Below are positions 1 through 9,390 of a stretch of 64,000 nt of DNA, piece after piece. Source of the stretch: Candidatus Xenobia bacterium (GTDB lineage Bacteria; Vulcanimicrobiota; Xenobia; Xenobiales; QWHO01); contig BTUM01000019.1 in assembly GCA_045863235.1 (NCBI GenBank), forward strand, positions 49,330-113,329. The letters run 5' to 3'. The first letter of the stretch is position 1. Each line of letters opens with the position of its first letter. The position numbers and the translations under genes were made by a program. The notes under the pieces were generated by a model. The model saw nothing but the letters and a program-made list of their open reading frames with translations. It searched no databases and was not told where the DNA came from.

Positions 1-2
1 CG

Positions 3-734
3 CCCTGGCAGAACAAAGCCCCTCCCGCCGTGGGCCCTAACCGGATCTGGCTGGTCTCCCTCAACGGCACGCTCTGCAAGCTTGACGCCACCGGGAAACC
101 GCTGGGACAGACAGAGCTGCAAGGCCTGAACCAGACGGACCAGTTTTGGAGTCGCCCGGCCCTGGCAGGCGACTCGCTGTTCATCGGCTCCATCCGTGGT
201 CGCCTTCACCGGGTGGCCAGCGAGACCTTGCGACGCAAGGAGACGATTGAGCTGGGAGAGGATATCCGAGCCGATGTAATCGCTCGCGACGACCGGCTCT
301 ATGTTTCTACCGTCAACGGCTCACTGTATGCCTTTCGAGCCGACCCGGAGCGCACCGTGCAACTCTGGAAACTTTCTCTACGCAGCCGAGCTCCTGGCGG
401 CAGCACCGGGCGTTCACCCGTCATTCCACTGGTAATGGAGGACCGCTTGCTGGTTGCCAGCCGCACCGCCGCCTATTGCCTGGACCGGCGAACCGGCGGC
501 ATCCTCTGGAGAAGGGAGGTCGAATCCGGAATCGCCGCCCCCCTGACCCTGGTCAAAGACCGGGTGCAACTGGTCACCGGTCAGGGAGAACTGGTCTCAT
601 TGGCACTCGCCACCGGACAGATGCTGGGAGGAGTCCCCCTGCGTGGCATCCCCACGGCCGGCCCTCTGGCCTGGGGAGAAGTCGTGCTGGTAGGTTTCTC
701 GGATGGGATGCTCCAGGCGGTAAGCCCGCCCTGA
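3..734 (+). CDS. PQQ-like/BamB-type beta-propeller repeat protein, 5' end outside window
   Basis: Repeated propeller-blade motifs (LYVSTVNGSLYAF, AYCLDRRTGGILW, VLVGFSDGMLQAV); frame is open from base 3, upstream of the GTG at 30. Confidence 0.75.
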   Translation, partial: PWQNKAPPAVGPNRIWLVSLNGTLCKLDATGKPLGQTELQGLNQTDQFWSRPALAGDSLFIGSIRGRLHRVASETLRRKETIELGEDIRADVIARDDRLYVSTVNGSLYAFRADPERTVQLWKLSLRSRAPGGSTGRSPVIPLVMEDRLLVASRTAAYCLDRRTGGILWRREVESGIAAPLTLVKDRVQLVTGQGELVSLALATGQMLGGVPLRGIPTAGPLAWGEVVLVGFSDGMLQAVSPP

Positions 735-742
735 AAGCGCTT

Positions 743-2116
743 TTACATCACTGCTAGCAGGCGATAGAGCTCGGTGGCCGCCCGGATCCCCCCGAAGAAG
801 TGACGCAACTCGAACTTCTCGTCGGGCGAGTGAATGCCGTCATCGGGGTTGCCCAGGCCCAACAGCAGGGTATCCACCCCCAGCACACGACGAAAGTCGG
901 AGACAATGGGAATCGCGCCTCCGTGCCGACTGAAGAGCGGTTCCACCCCAAAACCGGCTCGGACCGCCTGACGAGCGGCCTCGAAGAGCGACTCATGCCG
1001 ACCTTCGCGGCGCAAGAGGTAGGGATGCCCGGTGTCGCCCGGCACGAACTCGAGCTCGGCCCAGGCCGGACACTGCCCGACGAACCACTTGCGCAGGCAC
1101 TCCATGAGATGGGCCGGCTCCTGGTCGGCCACCAGCCGGGCACTGAACTTGGCACTGGCAGTCGCGGGCACGATGGTCTTGCTGCCCTCGCCCTGGTAGC
1201 CCCCGGTGATGCCATTGCACTCCAGGGTGGGACGAAACCAGCGCCGCTCATTGGTGGTAAAGCCGTGCTCCCCATGCATGTGGGCCCCCAGCCAGCTCTG
1301 GTAGGCGTCCTCATCAAAGGGAAGATTGAAGAGCGACTCGCGCTCCCATTCCTCGGCCTCCAGAACGCCATCGTAGAAACCCGGGACGGTCACGCGATTG
1401 CGGTCGTCGTGCAGAGCGGCGACCATGGCTGCCAGCGTATGAATGGCGTTGGGCAGAGTCCCTCCGTAGACGCCCGAATGCACATCTCGGTGGGCCACCC
1501 GCAGGTGCACCTCGAACACCACAATCCCGCGCAGACTGTAGTGAATCGTAGGAATCCCCTTGATGGATGTGCTGGTGTCGGACACCACCGCCAACTCGGG
1601 AGAGAGCTCTCCCTTCAGTCGCTCGAGCAACTCAACCAGATGCGGGCTGCCAATCTCCTCCTCCCCTTCGATCAGGAAGGTCAGGTTGACCGGCAATCCG
1701 CCCGTCGTCTTCAACAGCGTCTCGACAGCACAAACGTGCGCAAAGAACTGGCCCTTGTTGTCACAGGCTCCCCTGGCGTAGATCCGATCGCTCTCGACCC
1801 GGGGTTGAAAAGGAGGGGAGGTCCACAGCTCGAGCTCATCGGCAGGCTGCACGTCGTAGTGCCCATACACGAGCACTCGCGGCCTGCCCTCCACGACCGG
1901 GCCGTGAGCCACCACGGCCGGATGCCCGGGGGTCTCCTCCAGGCGAGCATTCAGGCCCAGGCCTCGCAAGCGCTGCTCCACCCAGCGAGCACAGCGCAGC
2001 AAATCGGCTTTGCGCTCGGACTGAGTGGAAACGGAAGGGATGGCCAGGAGCTCCTTGAGGCCTTCCAAGAACGACTCTCGATGCTGGTCGAGGTAAGCAG
2101 AAATGGCGTCGGACAT
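743..2116 (-). CDS. M20/M25/M40 family dipeptidase
   Basis: YGHYDVQP, RGACDNKGQ, EGEEEIGS, DVHSG and HSPDE metal-binding motifs. Confidence 0.92.
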   Translation of the reverse strand: MSDAISAYLDQHRESFLEGLKELLAIPSVSTQSERKADLLRCARWVEQRLRGLGLNARLEETPGHPAVVAHGPVVEGRPRVLVYGHYDVQPADELELWTSPPFQPRVESDRIYARGACDNKGQFFAHVCAVETLLKTTGGLPVNLTFLIEGEEEIGSPHLVELLERLKGELSPELAVVSDTSTSIKGIPTIHYSLRGIVVFEVHLRVAHRDVHSGVYGGTLPNAIHTLAAMVAALHDDRNRVTVPGFYDGVLEAEEWERESLFNLPFDEDAYQSWLGAHMHGEHGFTTNERRWFRPTLECNGITGGYQGEGSKTIVPATASAKFSARLVADQEPAHLMECLRKWFVGQCPAWAELEFVPGDTGHPYLLRREGRHESLFEAARQAVRAGFGVEPLFSRHGGAIPIVSDFRRVLGVDTLLLGLGNPDDGIHSPDEKFELRHFFGGIRAATELYRLLAVM

Positions 2117-2134
2117 AACGTGTTGGGACGTTAC

Positions 2135-2194
2135 GCGCTGAAGGTCTTCCGTTCCTTCGGGGAGCGCCTCTCGGCGCCACTTTCAGCACTCCAC
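2135..2194. repeat. Dispersed palindromic element, family 1, copy A
   Basis: GCGCTGAAG...TTTCAGCAC-TCCAC ends; internal TCCTTCGGG..CGCCTC shared with the 13180 copy. Confidence 0.55.
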
Positions 2195-2329
2195 CTGGTT
2201 TCGGGCCGTTCTTCCGGAGACCGTTCCGGTCCATCGGATCAGTTTGTTAAAATTTCTCGCAAAATTGGCAGGATCCGGGGATGGTTTCGCAGTAATGTGG
2301 CGACGCTGAAAATATCGGGAGGGTGAACC

Positions 2330-2833
2330 GTGGTCCAAGTTACACAGACTGACCGCTACCCCGGTCGCAAGATCTGGTTCGGAGCCCTGGATGATACCGT
2401 GGATGGCTTGAAACTCCACGGACGGGTGAAAATGAAGCCGACGCTTCTGCGCACCGCTCCCGACTATTGGACTCGCGTGGAAGCCGAAGAGATCCTCTAT
2501 CTCGACGGACGCGGCGACGTGATTCACTGGGCTACCGTTCGAGGGCTCCTGCCCGATCTGGACAGCCGCAGTTTCGAGGATGCCCTCGACCGGGCCACCC
2601 GCATCGGAGTCTTCGTTCGCATCTCGAGCCAGTGCGCGGTGGCCCCAAGCCGCATTCAGGGCCTGCTGCGGGTTCCCGAAGGCCAGTACCAGGTGGAGAT
2701 GGAGTCTCCCTTTGGAGAAACGGTCATGCTGCCGCTCGACCGGGCCCGCATTCCGGAATTGGAAGAGTGCCTGGAGGTGCTCTCCGCCGGCAGTTGCCTG
2801 CTCTTTGCCGATCCCGAGGACTTCGAGGACTAA
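2330..2833 (+). CDS. Hypothetical protein
   Basis: GGAGG upstream of GTG, protein-like composition, fills the gap before fabI; no family recognised. Confidence 0.7.
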   Translation: MVQVTQTDRYPGRKIWFGALDDTVDGLKLHGRVKMKPTLLRTAPDYWTRVEAEEILYLDGRGDVIHWATVRGLLPDLDSRSFEDALDRATRIGVFVRISSQCAVAPSRIQGLLRVPEGQYQVEMESPFGETVMLPLDRARIPELEECLEVLSAGSCLLFADPEDFED

Positions 2834-2881
2834 TCCCCCCTCCCCCGAAGGAACGTGCCCATCTCTCTGGAGGACGTTCCC

Positions 2882-3649
2882 ATGATGCTCTTGGAAAATA
2901 AGCGGGGTCTCGTTTTTGGCGTGGCCAACAACATGTCGATCGCCTGGGCCATCGCGCAAGAAGCCCACCGTCAGGGTGCTGAACTCGGTTTTACCTACCT
3001 CAACGAAGCGCTCGAGAAACGCATGCGCCCCCTGGCCGAGAGCCTGGAAGCGAGCCTGATCCTTCCCTGCGATGCCAACAAGGACGAAGACCTCGACGCG
3101 GTGTTTGCGGAGGCGGGCCGCAAATGGGGCAAGCTCGACTTCGTCTTGCACGCCATCGCTTTCGCCCAGCGCGAGGACCTCGACGGGCGTTTCGTGGATA
3201 CCTCGCGTGAGGGGTTCCGCATAGCCCTGGACACTTCCGCCTATTCACTGGTCGCCATGGCCCGCCGAGCCGCTCCCCTGATGACCGAGGGAGGCAGCCT
3301 GCTTACTCTGACTTATTACGGGTCCCAGAAGGTGGTGGCCAACTACAATGTGATGGGGGTAGCCAAGGCCGCCCTGGAAGCCAGCGTTCGCTATCTGGCG
3401 GCCGATCTCGGGCCTCAGGGCATCCGTGTCAACGCTGTCTCGGCCGGAGCCATCAAGACTCTTTCCGCCAAGGGAATCCGCAACTTCAACGAGATGCTGA
3501 AGGTTTCAGCCGAGCGCAGCCCCCTGGGCCGTAATGTCGCTGTGGACGAAGTGGGCAAGGCTGGCACCTTCCTGCTCTCCGACTATGCCAGCGGCATCAC
3601 GGGCGATATCCTGTATGTCGATGCCGGGTGGCACGTCCTGGGGATGTAG
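2882..3649 (+). CDS. fabI: Enoyl-ACP reductase FabI
   Basis: GVANNMSIAWAIA, catalytic YNVMGVAKAALE, NAVSAGAIKTLSA; start placed at the ATG after GGAGG. Confidence 0.95.
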   Translation: MMLLENKRGLVFGVANNMSIAWAIAQEAHRQGAELGFTYLNEALEKRMRPLAESLEASLILPCDANKDEDLDAVFAEAGRKWGKLDFVLHAIAFAQREDLDGRFVDTSREGFRIALDTSAYSLVAMARRAAPLMTEGGSLLTLTYYGSQKVVANYNVMGVAKAALEASVRYLAADLGPQGIRVNAVSAGAIKTLSAKGIRNFNEMLKVSAERSPLGRNVAVDEVGKAGTFLLSDYASGITGDILYVDAGWHVLGM

Positions 3650-3654
3650 ACTCC

Positions 3655-4320
3655 ATGGAGCCGACTCCGCCGCCGCCCGAGAACGAGCCACCTCGCAGAC
3701 AGGACCCGCGTACCACGGCAGTTCCGATGCGCGAGTTCAAGCGCACCAAGCGCTCCACTACCCTGGCTGACCTGTGGATCCCCCTGGTAGCCCTCGGACT
3801 GGCGGCCACCATTTTCTACCTGCAATTCCAGCGCAAACTGATCGCTGACGTGCTGGCGGTGAACGATACCAGGTCCAAATTGACCCTGCAACTCAACCTC
3901 GAACGTCTGCCGCTCGAGCCCGGCGAGTCCGGAAAAATGCGGGTCTTCCACGTCGGGGGCGAGTCGCTGGAGGTGCTCAGCGGGGGAGGCACCACGGAGT
4001 CCATCTATCTGCCCAACACCAGTCCCGCCTGGGTGATCTACAATGTGGGAGGTGTAGCCAACCTCTTGCTGGTGGACTACACCTGGGCCTATCGAGCCGA
4101 TGGTGAGCGCAACACGGCTGGCCCCCAGTTCAAGGTGGTGGCCAACCTGAAGGCAAACAAGCTGTTTACCTGCGGGGCAGCCGAGGTGCTCGGCCCCGAC
4201 GAGAAGCTGCCCCAACGCTATCAGGGCAAGCGCCCGCTGCTCAAGGTCGAGCGCGTCCCCACCTCGGCCCTGGAGTTTCCCGAAACCTATCTGCGCGAGC
4301 AGTTGGAGAAGATCCGATGA
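3655..4320 (+). CDS. Hypothetical single-pass membrane protein
   Basis: One hydrophobic segment (LWIPLVALGLAATIFYL); ATGA overlap with pta. Confidence 0.7.
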   Translation: MEPTPPPPENEPPRRQDPRTTAVPMREFKRTKRSTTLADLWIPLVALGLAATIFYLQFQRKLIADVLAVNDTRSKLTLQLNLERLPLEPGESGKMRVFHVGGESLEVLSGGGTTESIYLPNTSPAWVIYNVGGVANLLLVDYTWAYRADGERNTAGPQFKVVANLKANKLFTCGAAEVLGPDEKLPQRYQGKRPLLKVERVPTSALEFPETYLREQLEKIR

Positions 4321-5258
4321 GCTTTCTGGACCAATGTCGCGATCGGGTGCGCGGACAGGGGCTGCGCATCGTCTATCCGGAGGGAACCGAAGAGAGGGCC
4401 CGCCGAGCAGCCTCCCAACTCGCCGCCGAGGGCCTGGCCCGGCCCATCCTGCTGGGCTCTCCCGAGCCATTGGCGGGGGTGGAGCTGCGCACACCCGATG
4501 GAGAGTTCGCGTCGACCTACTATGAGTTGCGCCGCCATAAAGGAATCACTCTTGAACAGGCGACCGAGCGAGCGCGCTTGCCCCATTACTACGCGGCCCT
4601 CATGGTTCTGAGCGGCCAGGCCGACGGAATGGTGTCCGGGCTCAACTCGGCCACCAAGCCGTTCCTGCCGGCTTTCGAAGTGATCAAGCTGGCCCCCGGC
4701 TACCGACGCGCCTCCTCGGTCTTCCTCATGGTCTGGCCTGAGAAGACCTGGTTCTATGCCGATTGCTCCGTCAACATCGCCCCCGACCCGGCCACTCTGG
4801 CCGACATCGCCCGGGCGACGGCCGCCACCGCCCGAGCCTTCGGGGTAGAGCCCCGAGTGGCTTTTCTCTCCTTCTCGACGCGCGACAGCGCCGAGCACCC
4901 TCTGGTCGACCACGTCAAGGAGGCGGTGCGCCTCTGCCGGGAGGCTGAGCCGAGCCTGGCCGCGGACGGCGAGATGCAGTTCGACGCCGCCATCCTGCCC
5001 GAGGTAGCCGCTCGCAAGTGCCCCGGCAGCCCGGTAGCTGGCCGGGCTAACGTGTTCATCTTTCCCGACCTGGACGCCGGCAACCTCGGCTACAAGATCA
5101 CCGAGCGCCTGGGCGGAGCCGCGGCGGTCGGCCCCATCTTGCAGGGTCTGCGCCGGCCGGTCAACGACGTCTCGCGCGGCTGCTCGGTGCAGGATCTGGT
5201 GGACGTCGGAGTCATCACCGCGATCCAGGCTCTGGCTCTGAAGGAGTCGATGGTATGA
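4317..5258 (+). CDS. pta: Phosphate acetyltransferase (short PTA_PTB form)
   Basis: IVYPEG, ADCSVNIAP, VAFLSFST, DGEMQFDAA, FPDLDAGNLGYK, GPILQG, NDVSRGCS. Confidence 0.92.
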   Translation: MSFLDQCRDRVRGQGLRIVYPEGTEERARRAASQLAAEGLARPILLGSPEPLAGVELRTPDGEFASTYYELRRHKGITLEQATERARLPHYYAALMVLSGQADGMVSGLNSATKPFLPAFEVIKLAPGYRRASSVFLMVWPEKTWFYADCSVNIAPDPATLADIARATAATARAFGVEPRVAFLSFSTRDSAEHPLVDHVKEAVRLCREAEPSLAADGEMQFDAAILPEVAARKCPGSPVAGRANVFIFPDLDAGNLGYKITERLGGAAAVGPILQGLRRPVNDVSRGCSVQDLVDVGVITAIQALALKESMV

Positions 5259-5704
5259 AACACCTGCTGCTCTGTCTCCTGTTGATGAGCGCGGCCTGGG
5301 CCGGACCCACCTACGAGTTGGTGGGCGCCACGGCCACGCCCACAGCCACGGCCGAGGTCTGGCGAGCTGAAGTCGAGGGCAAGTTGGTGGTCGTCCTCAA
5401 GATCAAAGAGGCTGGCAAGGAGGGTGAGGTCAACTTTGCCATCGAGCCCGCCCAACTGCCTGCTTTTGAGAAACATTGCGAGACTTTGCTCCAAGAGCGC
5501 ACCTCTCTCAAGTCAGGTGCCGTCCAGGTCGTGTCCACGATGAAGTCAGGAGCCAACTGGATCGACTTTGCCCGCGTTCGGGTGGGCAACTCGAGTCCGT
5601 GGCGTGTCCTCGTGGTTCACGAAGGCAAACAGGAACGAAGTTTCGTGCTGGACAAAACGAGCTGGTCCAGCCTCAAGAAGCTGACCAGGAAAGCCAGTCC
5701 GTAA
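5255..5704 (+). CDS. Hypothetical secreted protein
   Basis: Sec-type signal peptide MKHLLLCLLLMSAAWA; ATGA overlap with pta. Confidence 0.7.
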   Translation: MKHLLLCLLLMSAAWAGPTYELVGATATPTATAEVWRAEVEGKLVVVLKIKEAGKEGEVNFAIEPAQLPAFEKHCETLLQERTSLKSGAVQVVSTMKSGANWIDFARVRVGNSSPWRVLVVHEGKQERSFVLDKTSWSSLKKLTRKASP

Positions 5705-6218
5705 CCGGGAGCCGCTGCGGAAACGAGCGGTGCAACAGGGCGATCACCCCGATTGGAGTCATGCGGTGATAGACCCGGTTGACGGGCAGAATCCGCACGT
5801 TGGGTCCGCGCTTGCAGTGGTCCATGCAGCCCACCGGCTCGATGACGATCTGATCACCCTGAGGATGGCGTGAGAGAGCGTCCTGAAGGGCTGCTTTCAG
5901 CTCGCGAGCTCCACCCTGACAACAGTTCTTGTGCATGCAGATCTGGATCTTGCCGATCCGCCCGGTCTCAGGGACGTTCAAAGCTCCTTCGACCAGTGGG
6001 ATGATCAGACGGGCAACCAGTTGCCCTGCTGTCTCGTCGACAAAGATGCGGACTCGCCGCCCTTTGGTCAACCCGGGCTCAAAACTCTGGTGCAGGCCCG
6101 GGGGGAGTTGAATGCGTTCCACGACGGTCATGGTCTTGAGCCAGAAACTGGCTGGCTCTTCCTCGTTCAAAGCGGGACAGAAGCCGAGGATGCTTCCTTC
6201 TAGGATCGTTTGTGACAT
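5673..6218 (-). CDS. Thioredoxin-like (2Fe-2S) ferredoxin domain protein
   Basis: C-terminal ICMHKNC...GCMDHCKRGPNV pattern. Confidence 0.8.
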   Translation of the reverse strand: MSQTILEGSILGFCPALNEEEPASFWLKTMTVVERIQLPPGLHQSFEPGLTKGRRVRIFVDETAGQLVARLIIPLVEGALNVPETGRIGKIQICMHKNCCQGGARELKAALQDALSRHPQGDQIVIEPVGCMDHCKRGPNVRILPVNRVYHRMTPIGVIALLHRSFPQRLPVTDWLSWSAS

Positions 6219-6248
6219 CAGTTGGGTTAGGTTAGAAAATCCTTCTCC

Positions 6249-6262
6249 TTAGGTTCACCTAA
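6249..6262. promoter_or_regulatory. Candidate DtxR/IdeR/MntR-family operator
   Basis: Perfect inverted repeat TTAGGT-TC-ACCTAA in an AT-rich divergent promoter region; a related TTGGGTTAGGTTAG lies at 6222-6235. Confidence 0.5.
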
Positions 6263-6309
6263 ATTCCTACCACAGAGGTCGTGTTCTGTCCAGAGGCGAA
6301 GGCCGACCG

Positions 6310-7035
6310 GTGATCGATATCGAGCGCGCAAGCAAGTCCTATCAAGGACGCGAGGCGCTGCATCCTATCTCCCTCACGGTCCCGGCCGAGCGGAGCCTGG
6401 CCTTGATCGGGCCCAGTGGCTGCGGCAAGAGCACCCTGATGCGACTGGTGGTAGGGCTGATCCGCCCCGACAGTGGGCAGATCAGCGTGGACGGCATCCC
6501 CATGACTCCGAGCACAGCCCGGGAGTTACGTCTGCGGATGGGCTACGTGATTCAGGACGGGGGGCTCTTTCCCCATCTCACCGTGGCTCACAACGTCACC
6601 CTGATGGCCCGCCAGTTACGCTGGGAGAAGGCGCGGATTCAGGAGCGACTGAGCCATCTGGCAGAACTTGTGCAGCTGCCCCCCGACCTGCTCGGACGCT
6701 ACCCCGCCCAGTTGAGCGGCGGCCAACGCCAGCGGGTGGGCATCATGCGAGCCCTGATGCTCGATCCGAAGGTGATTTTGCTGGACGAGCCGATGGGGGC
6801 TCTCGACCCCATCGTGCGCAGCCATCTGCAAGAGGACCTCAAGCGCATCTTCCGGGACCTCAAGAAGACCGTTTTGATGGTGACACACGACATGGGCGAG
6901 GCCGCTTACCTGGGCGACGAGATCGCCCTGATGCGCGACGGTGCGATCGTCCAAAAAGGCCCCCTGGACGACCTGCGCCAGCGTCCCGCTGACGCCTTCG
7001 TCAGCGACTTCCTCAAGGCCCAGAGGGTGCAGTGA
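6310..7035 (+). CDS. Osmoprotectant (glycine betaine/choline-type) ABC transporter ATP-binding protein
   Basis: Walker A GPSGCGKS, GYVIQDGGLFPH, LSGGQRQRV, LLDEP, VTHD. Confidence 0.92.
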   Translation: MIDIERASKSYQGREALHPISLTVPAERSLALIGPSGCGKSTLMRLVVGLIRPDSGQISVDGIPMTPSTARELRLRMGYVIQDGGLFPHLTVAHNVTLMARQLRWEKARIQERLSHLAELVQLPPDLLGRYPAQLSGGQRQRVGIMRALMLDPKVILLDEPMGALDPIVRSHLQEDLKRIFRDLKKTVLMVTHDMGEAAYLGDEIALMRDGAIVQKGPLDDLRQRPADAFVSDFLKAQRVQ

Positions 7036-8522
7036 GACACTGGCTCTTGTTGTTGATCGCCCTGCTCAGCTTGCCCGTCTGGGCCGACCCGCCCGTCAAG
7101 ATCAGGATCGGCTCGAAGGCATTCCCAGAGTCCTGGATCCTGGGCGACGCGCTGACCATCCTGGCCCGCGAAGCCGGTGCCGACGTGGTGCACCAGGACA
7201 ATATGGGAGCCACCCAGATCGTTTACGAAGCTCTGCGCCAGGGCAAGATCGACGTCTATCCAGAGTATACCGGCACGATCTCGGAGGTCTTCCTCAAGGA
7301 TCTGCCCCACCCGACCACCGGGGTCATGCTCGACGCTTTGGCCCGGGACCGCATCGGGATGAGCTATCCGCTGGGTTTCAACGATTCTTACGGAATCGCC
7401 GTGCGACGCGAAGTCCATGACAAGCTGGGAGTGGTGACCCTCAGCGATCTGGCCCGTCACCCCGAGCTGATCCTCGGCCTTACGCCCGAATTCGTAGGTC
7501 GCAAGGATGGCTGGGCCCCCCTTCAGGCAGCCTACGACCTCAGACCTCAGCAACTCAAGCAGATGCAGCACGAGCTGGGCTACCAGGCACTCTCAGCTGG
7601 CAAGCTGGACGCGGTGGACGTCTACACCACCGACGCCCAGATCGCTCGCCTCAACCTGGTGGTATTGCAGGACGACAAGCAGTTTTTTCCACGTTACGAT
7701 GCGGTGCTACTCTACCGCGCCGACCTGCCTCGCAGGGCCCCGGACGCCTGGGGGGCCATGCTGCGCCTGATGGGGCAGATCAACGAAGAGCAGATGATCG
7801 CCGCCAACGCCCGAGTGGTGCTGGAGAACCAGACGTCGCAAGAGTCTGCCCGCATCCTGCTCAAGGAGTGCCTGGGGCAGGAGAGCGCGCCCCTGATCGC
7901 CGTGCGGGGCTGGGACTGGAGCTCCATCGGGACCAATACCCTGCAGCACCTCTACCTGGTCGCCGCCAGCCTGCTGGTGGCCATCGCCATCGGGATCCCC
8001 CTGGGAGTGCTGGCCTCTCGCTCACCGCTGCTGGCTTCCATGACCCTGACGGGTACCGGGCTGCTGCAAACCATCCCGTCGCTGGCCCTGCTCGCGTTCC
8101 TGGTACCGATCATGGGCGTGGGCCTGTGGGCCGCCCTGACAGCTCTGTTTCTTTACAGCTTGCTCCCCATCGTCCGCAACACCTATACCGGCCTGACGAC
8201 CATCCCGGGAAATCTGGCCGAAGCCGCCGAGGCCATCGGGCTGACACCCCTGTCCCAGTTGCTGGTCGTCCGACTGCCCATGGCCTCTCCCTCCATCCTG
8301 GCAGGCATCAAAACCAGCGCCGTGATCAACGTGGGCACGGCGACCCTGGCCGCCCTGGTGGGAGCCGGGGGCCTGGGTCAACCGATCCTGCAGGGCATCG
8401 CCCTGATCGATACGCCGATGATCCTGCAAGGGGCCATTCCGGCCGCTCTGCTCGCCCTGGCGGTTCAGGGCGGCTTCGACCTGCTGGAACGATTCGTCGT
8501 GCCGCGGGGTTTACGGCTTTGA
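7032..8522 (+). CDS. Osmoprotectant ABC transporter, fused substrate-binding domain and permease
   Basis: Signal peptide, IGSKAFPES, IDVYPEYTGT, LQDDKQFFPRY (OpuAC-like); C-terminal permease QTIPSLALL, EAAEAIG, GAGGLG. Confidence 0.92.
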   Translation: MRHWLLLLIALLSLPVWADPPVKIRIGSKAFPESWILGDALTILAREAGADVVHQDNMGATQIVYEALRQGKIDVYPEYTGTISEVFLKDLPHPTTGVMLDALARDRIGMSYPLGFNDSYGIAVRREVHDKLGVVTLSDLARHPELILGLTPEFVGRKDGWAPLQAAYDLRPQQLKQMQHELGYQALSAGKLDAVDVYTTDAQIARLNLVVLQDDKQFFPRYDAVLLYRADLPRRAPDAWGAMLRLMGQINEEQMIAANARVVLENQTSQESARILLKECLGQESAPLIAVRGWDWSSIGTNTLQHLYLVAASLLVAIAIGIPLGVLASRSPLLASMTLTGTGLLQTIPSLALLAFLVPIMGVGLWAALTALFLYSLLPIVRNTYTGLTTIPGNLAEAAEAIGLTPLSQLLVVRLPMASPSILAGIKTSAVINVGTATLAALVGAGGLGQPILQGIALIDTPMILQGAIPAALLALAVQGGFDLLERFVVPRGLRL

Positions 8523-8525
8523 TTC

Positions 8526-8579
8526 CCTAGCAGAGTGATGCAAGAGTTCCTCGAAAGGGCTTTTGCATCAGCCTGCTAC
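8526..8579. repeat. REP-like palindrome, family 2 (possible bidirectional terminator)
   Basis: Long hairpin TAGCAG..TGATGCAAGAG / CTTTTGCATCA..CTGCTA between convergent genes; 18-nt exact inverted match at 29485-29502. Confidence 0.6.
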
Positions 8580-9295
8580 GCGTAAGCGGTCGACTTGGCC
8601 GCGTTGTAAGTAGCCCAGTGGCTACCCTGGCCGTTGGCGATGGCCCAGGCGCACACCAGAGCCTGCTGGCGCCAGTCCATCCAGTTGAGCTCACCCAGGC
8701 CTTCCCAGGCCTTCGGGTTGGCGGCCTTCGCCTTGGGAGCCATGCTCTTGAAAGTCGGCTCGATGAACTGGAACATCCCCTTGGAGGGGGTTCCCTTCTT
8801 GGCGTTGGAGTCCCAGTTGTTGACCGCGTCAGCCTTGAAGTTAGACTCGCGGCGCGCGATCTCTTTGAGGACTTTGGGATCGGCCCCGTAAGCCGCGGCG
8901 GCACTCTGAATGAAACTGTCGATCTCGCCCTGGTCCTTGGGCTGGGCTGAGGCGTTGGCGCTGCTGGCCCCCGAGCTGCCAGTGCTGGCCCCCGAGCTAC
9001 CGCTGCTGCTGCTGCTGCTGCCGGTGCTGCCCCCCGACGACCCCACCGGAGAGTTGCCACCAGCGCTGGCCAAACCCTTAGCCAGCTGGGCCATCTGCTG
9101 ATTGGACTGGCCCACCATTAATTGAGCCAGCAATTGGAGCATGCTCGATTGCATAGCCATCATCTCATAGTTGAAGCCGAGCAGGCTGCTGCCTCCCAGG
9201 GCTCGCGCGCTGGCCAGGCCAAGGTTGCCTAATGCGCCGGTCCCGGGAAGGCCAAGGTTCTGAGTCAGGGGACTAAGTGCGGAAATTGCGTCCAT
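8576..9295 (-). CDS. Lytic transglycosylase (SLT) domain protein with low-complexity N-terminus
   Basis: IARRES catalytic Glu, AVNNWDSNA, KGMFQF; GGAGG RBS; Ser/Gly linker. Confidence 0.82.
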   Translation of the reverse strand: MDAISALSPLTQNLGLPGTGALGNLGLASARALGGSSLLGFNYEMMAMQSSMLQLLAQLMVGQSNQQMAQLAKGLASAGGNSPVGSSGGSTGSSSSSSGSSGASTGSSGASSANASAQPKDQGEIDSFIQSAAAAYGADPKVLKEIARRESNFKADAVNNWDSNAKKGTPSKGMFQFIEPTFKSMAPKAKAANPKAWEGLGELNWMDWRQQALVCAWAIANGQGSHWATYNAAKSTAYA

Positions 9296-9390
9296 CGTTC
9301 ATCCTCCTGCTCTCAGATTAGCCAGTGGGCGACAGAAGGAGCAGTCAGCAAAAATGAACTTCGTGTAACAGCTGTGTCCTGGGAGTGAAC

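Noticed and set aside
800..2326. 508-aa plus-strand ORF
   Set aside because: Antisense shadow of the M20 dipeptidase; no motifs; typical of high-GC DNA.
8526..8579. Integron attC site
   Set aside because: No RYYYAAC/GTTRRRY core sites, flanking genes are convergent, and there is no integrase.
8962..9035. 16-nt direct repeat and (CTG)n run as a possible CRISPR or VNTR
   Set aside because: Encodes the SSGAS/poly-Ser linker of the SLT protein; no spacer structure and no cas genes.
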